Shown here: in pieces, positions 49,802 to 58,688 of the stretch
Position numbering within the stretch: the stretch's first letter is position 1
How the letters are laid out: every line of letters starts with the position of its first letter
From: Bacteroidales bacterium UBA4181
Lineage (GTDB): Bacteria > Bacteroidota > Bacteroidia > Bacteroidales > UBA4181
DNA length: 64,000 nucleotides
NCBI GenBank assembly: GCA_002380425.1
Contig: DFUR01000048.1
Coordinates: 2,890 to 66,889, forward strand
Direction: 5' to 3'
Position numbers and translations under genes: made by a program
The notes under the pieces: model-generated
Told to the model about the DNA's origin: nothing
Databases searched by the model: none
The model's input: the letters and a program-made list of their open reading frames with translations, nothing else

Positions 49802-50878
49802 ATGAAGCTCTTAAGTAATATTCCCATGAAATCATTCATCCCGGCACTCCTCATCCTGGCAGGCGCCCTGGTTTCCTGCAACAACAATTTTCAGCAGGTT
49901 CAGACAGACATTGCAGCCCCGGTTTCGGTTTCTGAAATCAAGAAGGGTACGATACATCAGCTGGTCAATACCACAGGAACTGTGTTTGCCCGCGCCGAAG
50001 TCCAGTTGTCTTCGGAGATGGCTGGCCGGTATTCTCTGCAGGTGAACCCGTCCACCGGTAAGCTATACAAAATGGGCGACCGGGTGAAGAAAGGTCAGGT
50101 GATTGCTCGTTTCGAGGATCAGGAGTTTGTCAACGGACTCGGTCTGGATGCCAAGAAGCTTAACCTCGAGATTGTTAAGCAGACACAGGAGAAGCAGGCA
50201 TCCCTGTACGAGAAAGGTGGCGTGACCCTGAGTGAACTGCGCAATGCCGAGGTGTCCCTCACCAACGCCCAGCTCAGTTATGACAATGCATTGCTTCAGG
50301 CGCAACGTATGGAAGTTAAGGCTACCATTGACGGGGTGATTACCGATCTGCCCTATTATACGCAGGGAGCACGTGTGAATCAGAACAGTCTGGTTGTGGC
50401 TATCATGGACTATTCCAAAATGTACATGGAAATCAACCTCCCTGAAAGTGTCATTTCTACCATCAAGGTAGGTCAGGATGCCCGGGTGACACACTACACC
50501 CTCCCAGAAGACACTCTGAGTGGGGTGATTGATGAACTTTCCCCGGCAATCAGTGCGGAGACCCGGACATTCAAGGGCCGTCTGGTCATAGCTAATCCCG
50601 ACCTGCTGCTTCGTCCCGGTATGTTTGTCAAATCGGATATAGTGGTGGCTACCGCAAGTGAGGTGGTCCTGATTCCCAAGGAAGTCATCAGTACTACCCG
50701 GAACCGGAAATCGGTGTACGTTGTGGAGAACAACACTGCTATTCAAAAGAGGATCACCACAGGTTTGGAAGATGAGTTGAATGTTGAGGTACTCACTGGG
50801 TTGAATGCAGGGGAAAGCCTTGTTACCAGGGGCTTTGAGTCTTTGCGCGAGGGCGCCAAGGTTAAAGTGATTAACTAA
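49802..50878 (+). CDS. Efflux RND periplasmic adaptor (MFP/HlyD family) lipoprotein
   Basis: Lipobox LAGALVSC plus barrel-sandwich/hairpin motifs (TGTVFARAEVQLSSEMAGR, ATIDGVITD, RPGMFV). Confidence 0.9.
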   Translation: MKLLSNIPMKSFIPALLILAGALVSCNNNFQQVQTDIAAPVSVSEIKKGTIHQLVNTTGTVFARAEVQLSSEMAGRYSLQVNPSTGKLYKMGDRVKKGQVIARFEDQEFVNGLGLDAKKLNLEIVKQTQEKQASLYEKGGVTLSELRNAEVSLTNAQLSYDNALLQAQRMEVKATIDGVITDLPYYTQGARVNQNSLVVAIMDYSKMYMEINLPESVISTIKVGQDARVTHYTLPEDTLSGVIDELSPAISAETRTFKGRLVIANPDLLLRPGMFVKSDIVVATASEVVLIPKEVISTTRNRKSVYVVENNTAIQKRITTGLEDELNVEVLTGLNAGESLVTRGFESLREGAKVKVIN

Positions 50879-50885
50879 CCGGGAT

Positions 50886-53800
50886 ATGAGAAAGGTTGTA
50901 CAATTTGCCGTGAACAATCCCGTCACGATCACTATGATCGTGCTGGCGGTATTGCTCCTGGGCTTTATCTCCTATGATAAGTTGGGTATAGATTTGCTAC
51001 CCAACCTAAATAACCCCAGACTGTTCGTGGAGATCAAGGCCGGTGAAAGCCCTCCCGAGGAGATTGAATCACAGTATGTCCAGAACATTGAGGCGTTGGC
51101 CATCCGTCAGCGCGATGTGGTGAAGGTGTCTTCCATTGTTCGCGCCGGTGCTGCTCAGATCATGGTTGAGTTTGCCTGGAACAAGGATATGGACGAGGCT
51201 TTCCTGGATTTACAGAAGGCTTTGAATAATGCCTCGGCTGGACTGGATGAGTTGAATATTACCCAGCATGATCCCAATATGTCCCCCGTTGTGCTGGTTT
51301 CCATGAGTCATGCCGAAATCAGGGATATGGCAGAGCTGCGTAAAGTGGCTGAGAGCTATGTCCGCAATGAGTTGATTCGTATTGAGGGAATTGCTGATGT
51401 GCAACTCTCCGGTGAAGAGGTTACCGACCTGGTGATTGAAACAGATCCCTACCGTCTGAAGGCGTTCAACCTGACAATGGATGAACTGGCTTCGCGTATT
51501 GAAAGCGCCAACCGGAATCTCACGGGAGGGCGTGTGAGTGAGTACGGAGTGCAGTATATTGTCAAGGGGGTGGGTTTGTTAACCGACACGAAGGATTTTG
51601 ATAACCTTATTGTGGGTTACCGTGCCGTGCAGGCTGGAACTACAACCGCTCAGGCTGCCGGAGGGCAGAATATGGCGCCCGTTTTTCTGCGTGAGGTGGC
51701 CAATGTGCGTTTTGAGAACAAGCGCCCGGAAAGCATTGTCCGGATGAACGGTCAGCGGTGCATTGGTTTGTCTGTTTACAAGGAAACCCGCTACAACACG
51801 GTGCAGGCGGTCAACGAAGTGGTTGCTGAACTCGCCAATATCTCCAAGGCCTTACCCGGTTATTCGTTCAATGTGGTCACCAACCAGGGAGCGTTTATCA
51901 ACAATGCCATCGGTGAAGTGAAGGATACCGCGGTGCTGGGGATTGTTCTGGCGGTACTGGTACTCTTTGTATTCCTCCGGAGGGTGGGCACTACCCTGAT
52001 TATCAGTGTTGCTATTCCCGTTTCGATTGTGGCTACATTCAACCTGATGTATTTTAATGACCTCACTCTGAATATTATGACCCTGGGTGGTCTGGCGTTG
52101 GGGGCTGGTATGCTGGTGGATAATGCCATTGTGGTCATCGAGAATATTGTCCGGAATCACGAACGGGGGTTACCTCCGCAGGAGGCCGCTGTCACCGGTG
52201 GTCACGAGGTATCCGGAGCGGTGATTTCGTCCACGTTGACCACCATTGTGGTCTTTCTGCCCATTGTTTACCTCCACGGGGCTTCCGGGGAGTTGTTCAA
52301 GGATCAGGCCTGGACGGTTGCTTTTTCCCTGTTGTCTTCCCTGGTTGTGGCACTGTTGGTGATACCCACCCTGTATTATCGGGTGTACAAGTCCAAACAC
52401 CACAATAGTACGGAGCAAAAAACAGTTCATCTCAAGGGCTACGGTCAGTTTGTGAAACGGATTCTGCCTTATCGATGGCCGGTAATCTTTATCGCTTTGG
52501 CCTTGATGGCTGTGACAGCGTTGATTGTGCCTTCTATCGGTACGGAATTTATGCCTAAGGCTGAATCCGAGTCCCTGAATATCTCCATCAAGTTGCCCGA
52601 GGGAAGCCGCCTGGAGCGCACCCAGGGCGTTGTGGAAACCATGGAGCAGTTGTTGAAATCAACGGTGGGGGACAGTATGGATATATACTCCCACATTGGT
52701 CCCAACAGCGGAACGGTTAACTCAGTATTTGAAGGGGAGCATACAGCTCTGATCCGGGTGCATTTTTTTGGGAGCAGCGGAGCTGCTCAGCGGGTGATTG
52801 CCGCTTTCTCTGAGTATGCGAACAATGTGGAAGGCTTGCAGATTTCTTTCAAACAGGATGATTCTGCCCTCAGTTCCTTACTTGGGACCGAATCAGCCCC
52901 TGTGGTTGTGGAAATCAAGGGAGAGGATCTGGATAAACTTGAGGAAATTGCCGGAGTCGTCCGGCAGCGTATGGACAGCATTCAGGGCCTGTACAATGTC
53001 ACCTCTTCGATTGAGGACGGAGCTCCCGAAGTTGAGATTTTGTTAGACAGGACCCGGACCGGTATGGAGAACCTCAGCCTTTCTGCTGTGGTGGGGCAGG
53101 TGCAGCAGCAACTTACCGGTCGTGAGAGCGGACAGTTGGATTATTCCGGTGAGATGCGGGATATCATCATTCGTGTTCCCGAGAAAGATCTGGCTTCGCT
53201 CCCCGGGATGATCATCAGGGTGGGACAGCGGGAATATCGTCTGGAAGAGTTGGCACAGATACGCACATCTGTGGCTCCGGGAGAGATCTTCAGGAGGAAC
53301 CAGAGCCGTATTGCCCAGATTTCTGCAGACCTTGCTTCTTCGGTGAGTTTGGGACAGATGGCTTCGAGGATAGAGCAGACCATGGAGGATATCGAGTTGC
53401 CTCCAAATTATCAGATTTCGGTAACCGGGCAGGAAGAGCAAAGGCGTGATGCCATGAGCAATCTGCTTTTTGCCCTGATGTTGTCCGTGGTGCTGGTGTA
53501 CATGGTGATGGCGTCCCAGTTTGAGTCCCTGTTGCATCCGTTCACCATTCTGTTGACGATTCCGCTGGCAGTGGTCGGAGCCATCCTTATGTTCTGGTTT
53601 ACCGGAACGACCATCAATATTATGGGTGTGATTGGTATGGTGATGCTGGTGGGGATTGCGGTCAATAATGCTATTATTCTGGTGGACCGAATCAATCAGA
53701 TCAAACGTACCGGAGTGGAACTTCCTGAAGCCATTGCGCAGGCGGCTCAGCAGCGTATTCGTCCCATTCTGATGACCAGTCTTACCACTATTCTGGCTCT

Positions 53801-53975
53801 TTTGCCACTGGCCCTTGGGGCAGGTGAGAGTGCGGAGTTGCGTTCTCCTATGGCCTTAGCTGTGATCGGAGGATTGTTCACATCTACGGCCCTTACTCTG
53901 GTTGTCATTCCCTGTGCCTATTCCCTGATGGAAGGCCTGAAGCGCTTATTTGTCAGAACACCCGCAGAGAATTAA
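50886..53975 (+). CDS. Efflux RND transporter permease (RND1, AcrB/SwrC-like)
   Basis: 1029 aa with 12-TM/2-loop architecture. TM4 motif GMLVDNAIVVIEN and TM10-11 motif GIAVNNAIILVD. Confidence 0.95.
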   Translation: MRKVVQFAVNNPVTITMIVLAVLLLGFISYDKLGIDLLPNLNNPRLFVEIKAGESPPEEIESQYVQNIEALAIRQRDVVKVSSIVRAGAAQIMVEFAWNKDMDEAFLDLQKALNNASAGLDELNITQHDPNMSPVVLVSMSHAEIRDMAELRKVAESYVRNELIRIEGIADVQLSGEEVTDLVIETDPYRLKAFNLTMDELASRIESANRNLTGGRVSEYGVQYIVKGVGLLTDTKDFDNLIVGYRAVQAGTTTAQAAGGQNMAPVFLREVANVRFENKRPESIVRMNGQRCIGLSVYKETRYNTVQAVNEVVAELANISKALPGYSFNVVTNQGAFINNAIGEVKDTAVLGIVLAVLVLFVFLRRVGTTLIISVAIPVSIVATFNLMYFNDLTLNIMTLGGLALGAGMLVDNAIVVIENIVRNHERGLPPQEAAVTGGHEVSGAVISSTLTTIVVFLPIVYLHGASGELFKDQAWTVAFSLLSSLVVALLVIPTLYYRVYKSKHHNSTEQKTVHLKGYGQFVKRILPYRWPVIFIALALMAVTALIVPSIGTEFMPKAESESLNISIKLPEGSRLERTQGVVETMEQLLKSTVGDSMDIYSHIGPNSGTVNSVFEGEHTALIRVHFFGSSGAAQRVIAAFSEYANNVEGLQISFKQDDSALSSLLGTESAPVVVEIKGEDLDKLEEIAGVVRQRMDSIQGLYNVTSSIEDGAPEVEILLDRTRTGMENLSLSAVVGQVQQQLTGRESGQLDYSGEMRDIIIRVPEKDLASLPGMIIRVGQREYRLEELAQIRTSVAPGEIFRRNQSRIAQISADLASSVSLGQMASRIEQTMEDIELPPNYQISVTGQEEQRRDAMSNLLFALMLSVVLVYMVMASQFESLLHPFTILLTIPLAVVGAILMFWFTGTTINIMGVIGMVMLVGIAVNNAIILVDRINQIKRTGVELPEAIAQAAQQRIRPILMTSLTTILALLPLALGAGESAELRSPMALAVIGGLFTSTALTLVVIPCAYSLMEGLKRLFVRTPAEN

Positions 53976-53985
53976 CACCGGACCC

Positions 53986-56900
53986 ATGAATGTTTTGATC
54001 AACAGAAAGGTAACCATTTTCATGCTGTTTCTGAGCATTACCCTGCTCGGGTATGTCTCATACAAACAGTTGAAAGTCGAGCTTCTCCCAAATGCGGAGC
54101 TGCCCATGCTGTACGTTCAGGTTAATGCCCGGACCGAGATGGATCCGGCCTACCTGGAATCGCAGGCGGTGATGTATCTTGAAGGCGTCATAACCACCAT
54201 GAGTGGTGTGGAAGAGGTGGAGTCGCTTATCAACACCCGGAACGCGACCATCACGGTTAGTTTCAAACAGAACGTCAATTTCAACTATATCTATCTGCAA
54301 CTGCAGGAGCGCATCAAGGAGGCTTCTGTGCAGCTTCCGGAGGAATTCACTGTGAACCTTTCCCGCGGGAATTCGGTGTCTATGACCAGCAATTTCATGT
54401 CCTTGCAGGTTCTGGGTTCCGGAGGAGTGGACCGGGTTCGTAGCTTGTTTGACGAGGAGGTGCTCGAGGATCTGGAAAATATCGAGGGGATTGCCGCTGT
54501 ATCTGTGTTTGGCGGCCGTCAGAAAACCATTGAGGTTCAGATGAACCGGGAAATGTGTGAGGCCCTGAACCTGACCCCTTCGCGTCTTCAGAGCATCATT
54601 ACTCAGAATAGTCAGGGACGTACCTATGTGGGCAATGCAGAGGAGAGTTTCCGTCAGTATTTTGTGTATGTTCAGTCGGAATACAAGCATGTGACCGATA
54701 TTGAAAATATCGTGGTTGCTCCCGGTCCTATTCTTCTCAAGGATGTGGCCAATGTGTTTTTTGATGTCAAGGATGAGACCAATATCAGCCGGGTCAACGG
54801 TAAAGAAGAAATCTCCGTTTCTCTGATCAATGATTCCCAGGCCAATATGATTGACCTCTCTGACAGGGTACTGGCAGCCATTGAACGGATCAACCAAAAG
54901 ATGAAACCCCTGGATGTGGAGTTGGTTGTGCAGAGCAACGCTGCTGAGGAGATTGAGGAAAACATCGGAAATATTGTTCAGACGGCTCTGTTAGGAGGGT
55001 TGCTCGCCATCTTTGTGCTCTGGGTGTTTCTCAGGAATCTCCGGCTGGTAGTGTTGATTGCTGTTTCGGTGCCCATCTCAATCTTTTCGGCCTATAATTT
55101 CTTTTACGCCTTTGGCGTTACCATCAACAGCCTCACCCTGATCGGGATGGCTCTGGCCGTGGGGATGCTGCTCGATTGCAGTATTGTTGTTCTGGAGAAT
55201 ATATACAGGCTGGCTTCCCAGGGAAATCCGCCGGATAAGGCGGTAACCCAGGGTACCCGGGAGGTATGGCGGTCTATCGTAGCTTCAACGCTCACTACTG
55301 TGGTGGTGTTTGCACCGTTCATTTTCTCGGACAACTATCTGATTGAACTTTTGGGCCTTCAGATAGGGGTGTCTATCATCTCCACTCTGGTTCTTGCCAT
55401 GTGTGTGTCGTTGTTGTTCACACCCATGCTTGCTCATTTGATTTTGTTGGGGCGCAGTCGCAGGAATGCCTTGTTTCAGACGGTATCCATTCGGCAGAAG
55501 GTTGTGCAGCGTTATTTGGTGATTCTCAAGGCCTGTATGAGGCGCCCTGTACCTACCATTCTGGGAGGAGTGATTTTGTTGGTTGTTTCCGTACTTCTGG
55601 CCCTTTCGGTGAGTATTACAAGTATGCGCCAGGTAGATACGGACCGCTTCAATATTTCCGTGCAACTGCGTCAGGGAACGACCCTTGAGGCTACCGATCA
55701 GGTGGTGCTTTCGTTGGAACAGTCCATTGACTCCATTGCCGAGATCAAGGATGTTGTATCCCGTATTCAGGAGGCTGAGGCGGTGATTACCGTGATTCTC
55801 AAAGAAGATTACGAAAAGATTGCCAAGCGCAGTATGTCGGTCATCCGTCAGGATGTGGAGGACCGTGTACGGACTGTGTCCTCTGCCGAAATCAATGTTT
55901 CTCAGGCTACCGGGGGCGGAGGCGGAGCTTCTGCAGGTGCTGTTTCCGGAATGATGAACCTCATGCGTCTGCTGGGTATCGGGGAAAACAGTGAGCGGAT
56001 TATCCTCAAAGGCAGAGATTTTGAACTCATGCAGTCCGTTGCTACCGATATCCGGTATTATCTGGATGAACTGGAGTCGGTACAGTATTCCCGGATTTCT
56101 TCCACTGGAAACCGGCCCGAAGTGCATCTTACCTTTGATCAGGAGTTGCTGAATCAGTATGGAATCACGCAAGCCAACCTGTCTTCAGAACTGGCCTCAG
56201 TGAGCAATGTGTCCTCTTCGGGTGCTCGTATGACATTGGGGGATGAAGAATACGATATTCTGATTCGTCAGTATTTGGAGGATGAGGAGGAGGAACAATC
56301 ACAGGCACAGACAAAAAACCTGACCGACTTAAAAAACACCATGATTCGCAGTCAATCGGGGGGGATTCATCAGCTCCAGAGTATTGCGGGGGTGAATATG
56401 GCCACGGGTAAATCCTCCATCAGGAGGTTGAATCAGGAAAAACTTATAGAGATTTTTTATTCGTTCCCTCAGGAAACACAGGAGTCTAAGGAATTGCTGG
56501 AGTCGTACCGTCTGGAGATCGACCAGCTCATTGCTGGCTATCCGTTGCCAGCGGGGATTGCCATTGAAGTGGTGCATGAAGAGGATCTCTTCGCTGATTT
56601 CAAGTTCCTGATTCTTGTTGCTTTTGTGTTGATCTACATGATCATGGCGGTGGTGTTCGAGTCCTTCTTTACCCCCTTCGTGCTGATGTTCTCTATCCCG
56701 CTGGCGGCCATCGGTTCGCTGCTGGCCCTGGTTGTTACCGGGAACAGCCTGCTGAGTGCCAATACGCTCATAGGGTTTATTATTCTGTTGGGTGTGGTGG
56801 TGAATAACGGGATTATTCTGATAGATTATTCCAATATTCTCCGTAGCAGGGGCTATCGCCGTACCCGTGCTCTGCTGACCTCGGGACTTGCCCGGTTGCG

Positions 56901-58686
56901 TCCTATTCTGATTACGTCCATCACTACCATTGTGGCCCTGCTGCCCATGGCCTTGGGTGAGAGCGGATATGCCGGGATGATAGGTGGTCCTTTTGCCGTA
57001 ACGGTGATTGGGGGGCTTGCCTGTTCATCGTTGCTCACCCTGATATTTGTGCCCACGGTGTATATCTCCCTGGAGAATGCGCTGGATTGGTACAAAACCC
57101 TGAGTGTGAAGATGAAGTTGTTCCATCTTTTGCTGTTCCTGTTCGGGGTGTATCTGATTGTCACACGGATTGAAGGTATTCTTTCCCAGGCTGGTTATCT
57201 GGTATTGCTTGCGGTGGTCATCCCTGCGGTTACGTTCTTTGTTCGTACCAGTCTGCGCAGAGCTGATACCAAATTGATCCCCGAGGAGGAGCCCATTCGT
57301 ATCACTATCAGTAATTTGGTGAAGATTTACGACCGTTCCGGAAGTTTCCTCCGTGAGTGGAAGGCCGGAGATGCACTTCGCGCCCGGCTGGGCCTGAAGG
57401 AAGAATACCACTCGCTGCGGGATTTTGGCAGTCTGGTGTGGCAGTTGCCTCTGCTGGGTTTCCTGATCTATTTTGCCTATTTCTATCTGGACCACAAGTT
57501 CTGGACCTATGTCCTTTCTTTTGTGGTGTTCGTGTTCGTCCGCACTCTTTGGGGAATGATGCGTTCGTGGCTGGAGTACCATCGTGGAACTCCAAAATGG
57601 CTGAATCGCCTGGATCGGATGGTCTTCTGGGGTGTGCCCCTGATTCTTACTGTGGTGATTTTCTCCAAATGGGACAATCCGGGTATGTCCACTCTGGCAG
57701 CCTTCTCATGGTTCCTGATGTTGGGTATCTACGCCACTTCCGATTATCTCTACTCCCGGGAAATCAATATTGACCGTATCGAAGGCCGTATGGCCGGTCT
57801 GCGCAGAGCTCTTGCGCGGTTGGTGAAGACCATTCCTGTTCTGGGCAAACGTCGTCAGCCCTTCAAAGCTCTCAAAGGGGTATCCTTTGAAATCAATACC
57901 GGTATGATTGGCTTGCTGGGCCCCAATGGTGCGGGCAAATCGACTTTTATGCGCATCATTTGCGGCATTCTGGACCAGAGTTACGGTAAAATATGGATCA
58001 ACGGATACGATACAGAACGCTACCGCGAGGAGTTGCAGTCACTAATCGGCTTCCTGCCTCAGGAGTTTGGTATGTATGAGCATATGAGCGCTGAGAGTTT
58101 TCTGGATTTTATGGCCATTCTCAAGGGGATCACCAATCCTGAAACCCGTGCACAACGCATTGAGTATGTCCTCAAATCGGTGCATATGTACGAGAAGAAG
58201 GATCATAAAATTTCTTCCTTCTCCGGTGGTATGAAACAACGAATTGGTATTGCACTGATTCTGCTTCATCTCCCCAGAATTCTTGTGGTGGATGAGCCCA
58301 CTGCCGGCCTGGACCCCAGAGAGCGTATCCGTTTCAGGAATCTGCTGGTCGAACTCAGCCGCGACAGGATTGTGATCTTTTCTACCCATATCATTGAGGA
58401 CATTGCCAGTTCGTGTAATCAGGTCGTGGTCATCAATAAGGGAGACCGGAAGTATTTCGGCAATCCTCGAGAGATGGTGCATCTGGCTTCGGGCAAGGTT
58501 TGGGTGTTTACGATGGACTTAGAGACCTTTGAAGCACTGCCCGATATGTCGCTGGTGGTTCATCATGTACAGGAAGGCAATCAGGTCAGGGTGCGTTATA
58601 TTTCGCGCACACAGCCTGCTCCGGGAGCGGTTCTGGTGGAACCAAACCTCGAAGATGCCTATTTGTGTTTACTGAAGAATATCTGA
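53986..58686 (+). CDS. Fusion protein: complete RND permease (RND2), 2 TM, then an ABC ATPase (NBD2) carrying a 4-TM insertion
   Basis: One uninterrupted frame of 1566 codons. RND motifs are GMLLDCSIVVLEN and GVVVNNGIILID. The C-terminal part has Walker A GPNGAGKST, Q-loop IGFLPQ, signature FSGGMKQR, Walker B ILVVDEPTAGLD and H-loop STHI. The start is set at the ATG at 53986, 10 nt after the RND1 stop. Confidence 0.85.
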   Translation: MNVLINRKVTIFMLFLSITLLGYVSYKQLKVELLPNAELPMLYVQVNARTEMDPAYLESQAVMYLEGVITTMSGVEEVESLINTRNATITVSFKQNVNFNYIYLQLQERIKEASVQLPEEFTVNLSRGNSVSMTSNFMSLQVLGSGGVDRVRSLFDEEVLEDLENIEGIAAVSVFGGRQKTIEVQMNREMCEALNLTPSRLQSIITQNSQGRTYVGNAEESFRQYFVYVQSEYKHVTDIENIVVAPGPILLKDVANVFFDVKDETNISRVNGKEEISVSLINDSQANMIDLSDRVLAAIERINQKMKPLDVELVVQSNAAEEIEENIGNIVQTALLGGLLAIFVLWVFLRNLRLVVLIAVSVPISIFSAYNFFYAFGVTINSLTLIGMALAVGMLLDCSIVVLENIYRLASQGNPPDKAVTQGTREVWRSIVASTLTTVVVFAPFIFSDNYLIELLGLQIGVSIISTLVLAMCVSLLFTPMLAHLILLGRSRRNALFQTVSIRQKVVQRYLVILKACMRRPVPTILGGVILLVVSVLLALSVSITSMRQVDTDRFNISVQLRQGTTLEATDQVVLSLEQSIDSIAEIKDVVSRIQEAEAVITVILKEDYEKIAKRSMSVIRQDVEDRVRTVSSAEINVSQATGGGGGASAGAVSGMMNLMRLLGIGENSERIILKGRDFELMQSVATDIRYYLDELESVQYSRISSTGNRPEVHLTFDQELLNQYGITQANLSSELASVSNVSSSGARMTLGDEEYDILIRQYLEDEEEEQSQAQTKNLTDLKNTMIRSQSGGIHQLQSIAGVNMATGKSSIRRLNQEKLIEIFYSFPQETQESKELLESYRLEIDQLIAGYPLPAGIAIEVVHEEDLFADFKFLILVAFVLIYMIMAVVFESFFTPFVLMFSIPLAAIGSLLALVVTGNSLLSANTLIGFIILLGVVVNNGIILIDYSNILRSRGYRRTRALLTSGLARLRPILITSITTIVALLPMALGESGYAGMIGGPFAVTVIGGLACSSLLTLIFVPTVYISLENALDWYKTLSVKMKLFHLLLFLFGVYLIVTRIEGILSQAGYLVLLAVVIPAVTFFVRTSLRRADTKLIPEEEPIRITISNLVKIYDRSGSFLREWKAGDALRARLGLKEEYHSLRDFGSLVWQLPLLGFLIYFAYFYLDHKFWTYVLSFVVFVFVRTLWGMMRSWLEYHRGTPKWLNRLDRMVFWGVPLILTVVIFSKWDNPGMSTLAAFSWFLMLGIYATSDYLYSREINIDRIEGRMAGLRRALARLVKTIPVLGKRRQPFKALKGVSFEINTGMIGLLGPNGAGKSTFMRIICGILDQSYGKIWINGYDTERYREELQSLIGFLPQEFGMYEHMSAESFLDFMAILKGITNPETRAQRIEYVLKSVHMYEKKDHKISSFSGGMKQRIGIALILLHLPRILVVDEPTAGLDPRERIRFRNLLVELSRDRIVIFSTHIIEDIASSCNQVVVINKGDRKYFGNPREMVHLASGKVWVFTMDLETFEALPDMSLVVHHVQEGNQVRVRYISRTQPAPGAVLVEPNLEDAYLCLLKNI
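57334..57864 (+). other. ~177-aa membrane insertion (4 predicted TM helices) between NBD2 strand beta-1 and the Walker A strand
   Basis: ITISNLVKIYD (matches NBD1 IIIEGLTKTYP) is separated from KALKGVSFEINTGMIGLLGPNGAGKST (matches NBD1 HALKGINLQIPPGMFGLLGPNGAGKST). The intervening segment contains LVWQLPLLGFLIYFAYFYL, FWTYVLSFVVFVFVRTLWGMM, MVFWGVPLILTVVIFS and LAAFSWFLMLGIYATSDYL. Confidence 0.75.
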
Positions 58687-58688
58687 GT

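Noticed and set aside
57000-57400. The RND::ABC fusion as an artefact of two adjacent genes
   Set aside because: No stop occurs in the frame for 4.7 kb. The junction encodes two plausible TM helices rather than spacer-like sequence. No alternative + strand ORF with a sensible start covers the NBD N-terminus. A sequencing indel cannot be excluded without reads, so this is kept as a caveat in the finding.
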